A model generated the notes under the pieces. It was not told where the DNA came from and did not search any database. It saw only the letters and a list, made by a program, of their open reading frames with translations. A stretch of DNA of 64,000 nt from the human T2T-CHM13v2.0 reference genome, Homo sapiens: assembly GCF_009914755.1 (NCBI RefSeq), contig NC_060928.1; one strand, given 5' to 3'. The position numbers and the translations under genes are program-made. Positions 51,288 through 64,000 of this stretch are shown in pieces. How positions within the stretch are numbered: the stretch's first letter is position 1; the number at the start of each line of letters is the position of its first letter.

Positions 51288-52279
51288 TTAATAAATAAAA
51301 ATTAAAGCTTTTTCTCTGGTAGGACAATTTATTCAAAATTACTTGTGTGTATTTCCTGGAAAAAAGTTTTTAGACAGTTCATTTAAAAATACTTGCCAAG
51401 TGCAGTGGTGCATGCCTGTAGTGCCAACTACTTGGGAGACTAAAGTGGGAAAACTGCTTGAGCCCAGGAGTTCGAGGCTGCAGTGAGCAATGATTGCACC
51501 TGTGAATACCCACTGCACTCAAGGCTAGACAACATAGTGAAACCCTGCCTCTAAAAAACAAACAAACAAAAATCTATAAAAGTAATATTTCAGTATGTAT
51601 ACATATATTTTTTACCTATATTCAGTAAGAACTGGAAGGTATTCTAGTTCAGAGAATGTATATTGATATTGTCCCTTTAAAATAATGCATACTCAGTAAT
51701 GATGTTTTAGTTACTGACATTTCTTACCTTAACTCGTAGAACTCACTAGTTTTTTTATTTTCTTCTCTCTAATCTCTTTTAAGTTTCATTTACTTTTAAC
51801 ATTGATACTTGTTTTCTTCATAACTAAAGTAACCAAGTTTTTTTGGTTTGTTTTGTTTTACCAATTTCCTTGAGGTGCTTAACTTTTTTAAATGAAGAAG
51901 GAAATATTCGTATCTAAAGCAGTGTTTAAAAGGTACATCACAAAGTTGCCTATATATAATAAAAATACTAACAAATAAACTAACTTATTAAAGTATGAAG
52001 CATTACCTTTTGTGACATTTGAATCTCTTGTTTGACATCAGATGATACCAGAGCATTGTGCCTTGACTCTTGTCAAGCTATTTCCTTGCTGGGTAGTAAA
52101 GATCAGTAGTTGTTTCTATTATTGTGATACTGTAGAGAGCTTTAAAATTTATCTTTCATGTTTATCTTATGTAATCCTCATAGCAGCCAGTGAGGTAGGT
52201 GGTATTTTTCTACTTTCTAAAGATGAGAAAATGGAAGCCCAGAGATGATGTAACTTATATGGTATCACTGAGTAAGTAG

Positions 52280-52456
<177 letters not shown>

Positions 52457-52869
52457 TAATTTTTGTATTTTTAGTAGAGACAGGGTTTCACTATATTGGC
52501 CAGGATGGTCTCGATCTCCAGACTTCATGATCCGCCCTTCTTGGCCTCCCAAAGTGTTGGGATTACAGGCATGAGCCACCACGCCCAGCCAGAACAATAT
52601 TTTTAAATACATTTTTTCCTTCCTTTTTTTTTTAAAGTATTTCTTAGATTTTTAATTCAATAAATTGTGGCCAATTTTTCTTTATTTTTCTGACTGGGTT
52701 CTTTATTAAATCATGTAATTCACAAAACTAGTTTATAGAATATTCAGATAAATGTTAAAAAGTATACATGTACCTGGCCAGGTACGGTGGCTCACGCCTG
52801 TAATGCCAGCACTTTGGGAGGCTGAGGCAGGCAGATCACAAGGTCAGGAGATCAAGACCATCCTGGCTA

Positions 52870-53097
<228 letters not shown>

Positions 53098-53383
53098 TTA
53101 ACTACCAGTATAAACGAAGATTATTTGATATTTCTTCACTCTGAGGACTGATTTTATTAGGATATCTCCTTTTATAAAGCAATTTCTTTTCTTCATAATA
53201 TAGATTGTGAACTTAGTATAGAATAGAATTCCAAAGAGAAGATCCAGAAATGTTTTTAAATATTGTTTACACCTCTGGAAAAAGTACTACTAGAAATACA
53301 TTTGAAGAGTAAATATATCTATGCATGCGTACTTAAATGCCAGCCATATAAACAGGCCTGAAAACTATCCAGAGCTATACAGA

Positions 53384-53702
53384 CAGATGATGGTTCAACT
53401 TCACGATTTTTTGATTTACGATGGTGTGAAAGCAATATACATTCAGTAGAATCTATACTTCGAATACCCATACAACCATTCTGTTTTTTCACCTTCAGTA
53501 CAGTATTCAGTAAATTACATGAGATAATACTTTATTATAAAATATGATTTCTGTTATATTTTGCCTAGCTGTAGGATAATGTAAGTGTTCTGGGCACATT
53601 TAAAGTAGGTTAAACATATTAAATACATTTTCAACCTATGATATTTTCAGTTTTTGATGGGCTTATCAGGACATAACCCCATTGTAAATTGAGGAGCATC
53701 TG
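53384..53702. mobile_element. TcMar-Tigger MITE (MER47-like)
   Basis: Inverted termini cagatg...catctg; internal gatggttcaacttcacgattttt, catacaaccattctgtttttt. Confidence 0.75.
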
Positions 53703-54827
53703 TGTAAGTACTTAGAACGGGCATTTTTTTATTTTACATTCCTATATTAAATTTATTTTTACTATGGTAACAAAGGGCCATTTCATTTTTATCTTATTTT
53801 TTTCATTTACCTTACAATAAATGGTCATTTACAGGTTATAAATGCACAATATAATATATAAACTATAGGCTATAAAAAACTTAGCTATAAAGGTTGTAAT
53901 CTAATGATTAATGATGAGAGAAGATGGTTTACTTGTTTCATGCCTTTGCTTACACGTATAATTGGTATAATTTCTCATGGTTCTAGTTTTTGTTCACAAC
54001 TTTTAGATATTAGTGTAGTAGTTTATAGTAGTTTGTAGCTTAATTTACTGCTACACTTAAAGCTTTGTGTATTACCTTAATTGCTTAGCTAATTTGGGGA
54101 TACTTCATTAAAGTTCAGAAGTGCTGTCTTATGACTGTAACTTAAAAGAAATGGCGTATATCTCACACTTTTTCAAATTGACAGTGTTAAACCAGAAGGA
54201 ACCATTGATCCTTGTAATAGGACCATATTTTACTAGTTCAGTTCAAAATGTAAATTTTAATTCTATACTGATAAGCTACAGCATATTATACAATATAGCT
54301 ACAGAATAAATTAAAGATATTAACTCTACTTCTTCCTAAGTTATTTGCTTGTGCCCAGTGCAAACACTGAATTAAACTTTTTCTGGTATTAGACCTGACT
54401 TCCTTAAAGCATAGCACAGAAGTTCTAGAGAGTGTTCTGTATTAAAACGGGTTCATAGTTAAATAAACATAAATACTATATTCCCCTCTGAAGCTTCATA
54501 AAATTTACACTGGTGTAGTAAGTGCTGAGAAGCCTGCAGTGAAAAATCTTGTTCAACTTTGTTTAATCCAAATATATTTGTCCACAGGGGCTTAGTTCTG
54601 CCATGTACCTATTAACATGCCACACTATCCTTTGTTTTGAAATATACTAACCAAGGCTTGGTTAGTTGTTTATGTTTACATATGTAAAAATATTTCAACA
54701 TTTTAAAATACATTTTAGGGGAAGAATCCATCAAGTCTATATGTGGTTTTTTTTCTTCCTTTTTAGATTAGTTTATAATTTTTAATGTTTTCCCAAATGT
54801 CAATAACTATAATTTTTAGCTTTTCTC

Positions 54828-55152
54828 ATGAGGTCACAAACTTTTGGCCCAAGGGCATTGTCTATCTTGTAAGCAAGGCTGTTTGACCCACATAGTATTT
54901 TAAGTAAGGTGAATAAGTTGCCACTATTATAAATTGGGAGCTTGTGTCAACGTTTGTATTTTAGACTTCTTTTTGAAAAAACCTGAAGATTGGCAATACC
55001 TGGATCTGCATTCCTACATGGCAACAGGCAGCTGGAGTTGAGTAACTGCTGTTTTCCTTAGACAGAGCATATACTCCCCATCCTCTAATGTTAGCCTGCT
55101 TCACTCACTCACATTACTGTCTTTTGTTTGTAGTCAAGTTTTCATTCTCTGC
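54828..55152. mobile_element. hAT-Charlie relic (MER102-like)
   Basis: gaagattggcaatacctggatctgcattcctacatggcaacaggcagctggagttgagtaactgctg. Confidence 0.65.
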
Positions 55153-56504
55153 TATCTTCACACCACTGAGATAAAAAATAATTATGCTATAAATTACTTT
55201 CAAACGCATGATTTTTAAAGTTATATATCTCATTCAACAAATATGAATATATGCAAATGGAAACTAGCCCTACAAAGCACCCATGACTAAGTTAATATTG
55301 CTGTGATTTTAATTTCTTGAGGGAGACAATTCTGAGAGAATATTACTTGTCTTTTGAACATAGATTTCTCATGTATTTGGAGAATAATTTATTTGACATG
55401 CATTCCCAATGGGCCCTTTTTGTATAATTTCTTTATCTGCTTTTTTATCTATACAGTTTCACTAGAATTTGGCTAACATCTCCATGATTTGTTAGGGTTC
55501 TGGGGTGGCTTAAAAAACAAGGTAGGCTCATTAGCCCACCAGCTCTTGTGAGATTTTATTGGGTATGTAACATTTACCATACTGTGGGAATCAGGACTTC
55601 TGTTCATAGCTGATTCTAAAGATGAAAGCTTTCAAAAGATTCTACCAGCTCCCAAGTTCCCATTATCTTTTCCAATTTTTTCACAGTCTCCTTTTCCATC
55701 ATCCTGTCAGTTTGTAAATAAAATGGGAAGGGTGTGCAGTTCTTGCTATGTGCCTGGTACCAGTTCTTTTTTTTTTTTTTCCAACTCCATTCATAAGTTC
55801 ACCTTTGAGCTTTGAAAATCACAATTTACCAAGCAAGGTTTTACCTTCAAGCGTGTGTAAGTAATTAGGACACAATTTTATCAGCTCACAAAGGAACAAC
55901 AGGAAATCCTTTAAGGAGATCTGTAGCAGAGAATGTCCCTTGAATCCACTCTAGTTATGTTTGAGTATTAGGCTTCCTTATGATTATTATCAGGCCTTTG
56001 TAGCATCAATCCTCTGCCACCTTCACTTAATACCCTCAGTATATCTGTGATTATGTAGTAACATGATAGCTTTCAAGTGTACTTTTGGTGTTTGTTTTTT
56101 GTTTGTTTTTTATCCTTTATCCTCTCCTCTACCTGTTTTCCTGAAGTGGAAGTAGTGACTGCTTCCCGATATAATTCTTCTGAAGCCACCACTAACCTAA
56201 GATATAAAACTTTAATTAAAATACAGTGAATTTACTTTTATTTAGAGTCAGTTACTTTTTTTGATAGATTGCATATAACTTTTATGAGAAAGAGAGAAAT
56301 ATAAGGTAAAATATCAAGACTTACAGACAACTTTCTGGAAGTATAGGATATACTTTTTCTTATGTCTTTTGCATCTTGGTGATAATACTTATTAATGATA
56401 ACCTTATAAGAATCCAAAATTCTGAATCATCAAAGGAAGATTGTTAGGTTCTGTTTCATTTGAAAACTTAGTAAATATATAGCTTATGTTGTAAATCTTA
56501 GGAC

Positions 56505-56733
56505 CATGGTTCTCAAGTGAGGGCAATTTACCCTCCTTTACCCCACTCCTAGTACATTCCGCAACGTCTGGAGACATTTTTGGTTGTCACAGTAAGAGGA
56601 AGTAAGAGAGTGCTACTGCGTCTAGTGGGTAAGGCCAGGGACAGTGCTAAACATCTTAAACTGCACGAGGAGGTCATACAACAAAGACGTACCTGGCCAG
56701 AAATGTCAGGAGTGCCAAGGTTGAGAAATCCTG
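56505..56733. mobile_element. MER20 hAT MITE, followed by a (GAT)n tract and a MIR (about 56780-57000)
   Basis: tggttctcaa...gtctggagacatttttggttgtcac...tctagtgggt...aaatgtcaggagtgccaaggttgagaaatcctg. Confidence 0.85.
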
Positions 56734-57135
56734 TCTTGGGGATGATGATTTTGATGATGGTGATGATGACAGTGCTTCTGTTTATTGAGCACATTATTTA
56801 CAAAGCCCTATGCTAGATGTTCTACTTATTTTAAATCCTCACAGAAAACCCCATGTGAAGACATTATCTCCATTTTACAAATAAGGAAACTGAGACTTGA
56901 CAGAGTTAGGCTACTTGCCCAAAGTAACATGGCTATTAAGTGGTTGAATATGAGTTTAACTGGTCTTACTCAAAAATCTTTGTGAGCTTCTTCCATTATA
57001 CTGTACTGCTACTCAGGAAAGTATTTAACTACTCAACCCTAGTCATTTTGTAAATGAATGGAAATTACCTCTACCTGTGTTAGTAATGTACCTCATTTCT
57101 TGAAGTTCAGAGGGGATTCTACCTATCATTAGTAT

Positions 57136-59390
<2,255 letters not shown>

Positions 59391-60567
59391 AAGTATAAAG
59401 CAGTGAATTCTTTTACTGATATAAGAGATGATTAAGAGAAATATTTCTTGGAGTTTCTGAAGGATAAACCCAGCATATTTAGGTAATTAATCAACTGGAA
59501 AACATTTCATTTCTACTTTTGGTCTCTTCTTTTTCCTCTATAAACAATTAGATGGGATTATGACTGTCAATCTTGGATTGCTTTGCTTTTCCTGTCATCT
59601 GCTGGGTTTTTTCCCTCACATTTAGAAAAGAATTTTCTGAGGGATAATGGGTTTGATCTTGACTTTCAGCTCCATTGGCTGATAGTCACTTAGTGGAGTA
59701 CTATATGGAAAAGTATTCTGACGCTCAGCCAATGCTGTGATTAATTAGCTGTGTCTGGTGTGAGTGAGAGAATGGGAAGTAGTATGTTTGCATCACTAAT
59801 TTGAGTTTATAATATAGGCAGATCTTAAGTAGTTTGCTTTGGCAGTTGTTGCTTTCATTTTTAGTGATCTTTTTTTTTTTTTTTTACATAGTACATTGAG
59901 ACAACAAATACTTTAATTAAAAGACATTTAAACATTAAAGACAAATGTAAAATCCTTTAAACAATAAGTGAGAAATTAGATGTCAAATTCTGATTTTATT
60001 GCCAAAGAATTTTGTAGGATATGTATATGAAAAAGATACTGAGAAATCTGGAGTAGATTGGTTTAATTTCATAATTAAATTATTTAACCCAGTAACACTA
60101 ACAGTCAGCAAGGACTATATGTTCAATATTGTTTTGGGGACAAGGGTTTTAAGATACAACTTATATACAATAAAATTTACTCTGAATTGTAGTCTGAGTT
60201 TGGGCAGAAGTATACAGAAGTGTCACCACTACCACATTCTAGATAGACTATTTCTATCCCAAATTGTTTCCTTATGCCCTAATAGAAGAGTAACCTAAAA
60301 ATGCCCTTGAGAAAATATGAGTATTTAAGTATCCTTTTTTTAGATATCATATTTAAACATTTAGCCAATAAAATGTATTTAAATGAATTTGAACATTATT
60401 TTAAGGATATAGCTTTACATAATAATTGTGATATTGCTACCAGCCACACTGTTCCAGTGTTGAATTGTTTACCAGGAAAATTATCATTCACGCTTAACTC
60501 TTCAATGAAAGGATATTTTAAAATAACCTACTATTAAATTGAAATTCTTTATTTTTGAATATTACAG

Positions 60568-60668
60568 AAGAAAATTCCACAAGACAGAGTGAAGATTTGG
60601 GAAGCCAATTTACAGAAATTTTCATTAAGCAGCAGGAAAATGTCACTCTTCTGTTATCTTTATTGGAG
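60568..60668 (+). CDS. USO1: USO1 coding exon 5 (E-ENSTRQSEDLGSQFTEIFIKQQENVTLLLSLLE), 101 nt
   Basis: Acceptor attacag|AAG, donor GAG|gtaaat. Phase 1 in, phase 0 out. Confidence 0.96.
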
Positions 60669-60950
60669 GTAAATAGGGAACCTTGATGTTTTTGTCATCT
60701 TAATAAGCTGCTTTTGTTGCCTTTTGGATGTTATTGAGGAAGTAACATGTATATACCTTTAAAGGTAGTAAAGTTTATTGTATTATAGCAAGAGATCCAC
60801 ATGGATGTTTCAAGAACTATGTAATCACTTAAAGTATGCTAAACTTCCATGTTTTACTTGTAGTTTCTGGTAAAAGTTATTAGTGGAAAAAATGTTTTTC
60901 TCGAAAATGTGAATTACAGATGTTAAATATTTTGAATTCTTACATTGCAG

Positions 60951-61053
60951 GAGTTTGATTTCCATGTCCGCTGGCCTGGTGTGAAGCTTCTTACTTCTCT
61001 TTTAAAACAACTAGGGCCTCAGGTGCAACAAATTATTTTAGTCAGTCCTATGG
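60951..61053 (+). CDS. USO1: USO1 coding exon 6 (EFDFHVRWPGVKLLTSLLKQLGPQVQQIILVSPM-G), 103 nt
   Basis: Acceptor cattgcag|GAG, donor TGG|gtaagt. Confidence 0.97.
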
Positions 61054-61210
61054 GTAAGTGACTTATCTTTTTTATATTATTTTGATTCAAGCATGAGTAT
61101 CATTTCCTAGAGAAAGGGACTGAAATGGTGTGTTAGTAAATTGTTAATAATTTGAGTCACTATTTGTATTTTTGGTCTGCCAGCATTTTTCACATGGTTG
61201 TATGTTCTAG

Positions 61211-61266
61211 GTGTTTCAAGATTGATGGACTTACTAGCGGATTCCAGGGAAGTTATACGTAATGAT
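61211..61266 (+). CDS. USO1: USO1 coding exon 7 (G-VSRLMDLLADSREVIRND), 56 nt; gene continues beyond the window
   Basis: Acceptor tgttctag|GTG, donor GAT|gtaagt. Cumulative CDS 555 nt, phase 0. Confidence 0.96.
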
Positions 61267-61394
61267 GTAAGTTAAATTTCAAAAAGAAATACAAAAATAT
61301 GTGGCTTTTTTTTCTCTTGCAAATGAAATCCTTGTTGTTGAGTTTTAGGAAATTAGATTTAGAAAGCTGGAGTAATGACCTTTTTTTAAAAAAA

Positions 61395-63253
<1,859 letters not shown>

Positions 63254-63656
63254 TTAATTCTGGAATCTCCTGTTTTCCTTTAACTCTTTACCTTTTTATT
63301 CTGCTCCTAACCTTTTTTCAACTTTTATTTGAGACAGACAAATAAGTGTCTATTTATATTGGTTTTTATTAATTTTATGATCACAGATTAAGTTCTGTTT
63401 TTGTTGTAATGTCTGGATTATTGGTTTTTACATGTTTTATAACCTTTTTTTTATTTTAATAAACCTATTCAAGAGGGTAAAGAGAAAAGAAACTAAAATA
63501 TACTAAGACCTTGAAAGCTAGTGGGTTCTATAGAACTTATTTTGTCTCCTTTAGTCTTTATAAAAACCCTGTGACAAAGATATTACATGAGTATACTATA
63601 AGTTCATGTAATTTGCTTAAAGTTGGCACAACTAGTCAGTAGGGCAACCAATTTTT

Positions 63657-63708
63657 TATTTTTTTATTTCATTAGTTTTTGGGGAACAGTTTTTGGGGAA
63701 CAGTGTTT
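63657..63708 (-). mobile_element. Extremely truncated (about 50 nt) L1 3' tip inserted in a MIR
   Basis: ttttatttcattagtttttggggaacag resembles the L1PB/L1MA 3' end; flanked by gggcaacca(a/g)ttttt at 63642 and 63709. Confidence 0.6.
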
Positions 63709-64000
63709 GGGCAACCAGTTTTTAAACCCACTTTATATAACTCAGAGCCTAAATATTTTCTCCACTGTATTTCTTCTTCTCTTTGTTAGTAGTTAAACTG
63801 AAGTTGGCAGCATTAAGTGGGAGAATTTGACATCCAAAAATAACTGTTTTCACCTTTTTCTCTCATATTAATGTTGAAAGTTGACAAGAAAATGAGTGGA
63901 ATAAGCCCAATAAAGTCATAGGCATTTTTTGTCTTATATGAATACTTACCTACTCAGTACTGGTAGCCAACAGCTAGTTTGCCTCTATGGGACTTTTTAC

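Noticed and set aside
52035-52097. cag|ATGATA segment superficially like the microexon start
   Set aside because: Weak pyrimidine tract and no credible donor.
56083-56160. Long pyrimidine tract in intron 4
   Set aside because: Ends in a poor GAAG acceptor with no good donor nearby; looks like low-complexity sequence.

Overview
Human (primate) genomic DNA, very Alu-dense (roughly 70 Alu copies or fragments plus L1, L2, MIR, MaLR/ERVL LTR and DNA-transposon relics). It contains the CpG-island promoter and first seven constitutive coding exons of USO1 (p115, ER-Golgi vesicle tether) on the + strand. ATG is at 14948; the spliced exons give 555 nt = 185 codons (MNFLRGVMGG...SREVIRND) and the gene continues past the window. 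An intact AluYa5 points to human origin. Almost all entries in the supplied ORF track are Alu or L1 translation artefacts. I see no prokaryote-type or clearly new multi-gene system. The best second-look items are: a 12-nt in-frame microexon (DDVE) with a downstream RBFOX motif; a near-perfect 154-bp inverted Alu hairpin whose left arms look homogenised; tandem GCCACGT (GASE/CREB3-type) elements in a probably bidirectional promoter; a non-Alu hairpin overlapping a candidate poison exon; and several locally templated duplication scars. Repeat family names and boundaries are by eye and approximate.
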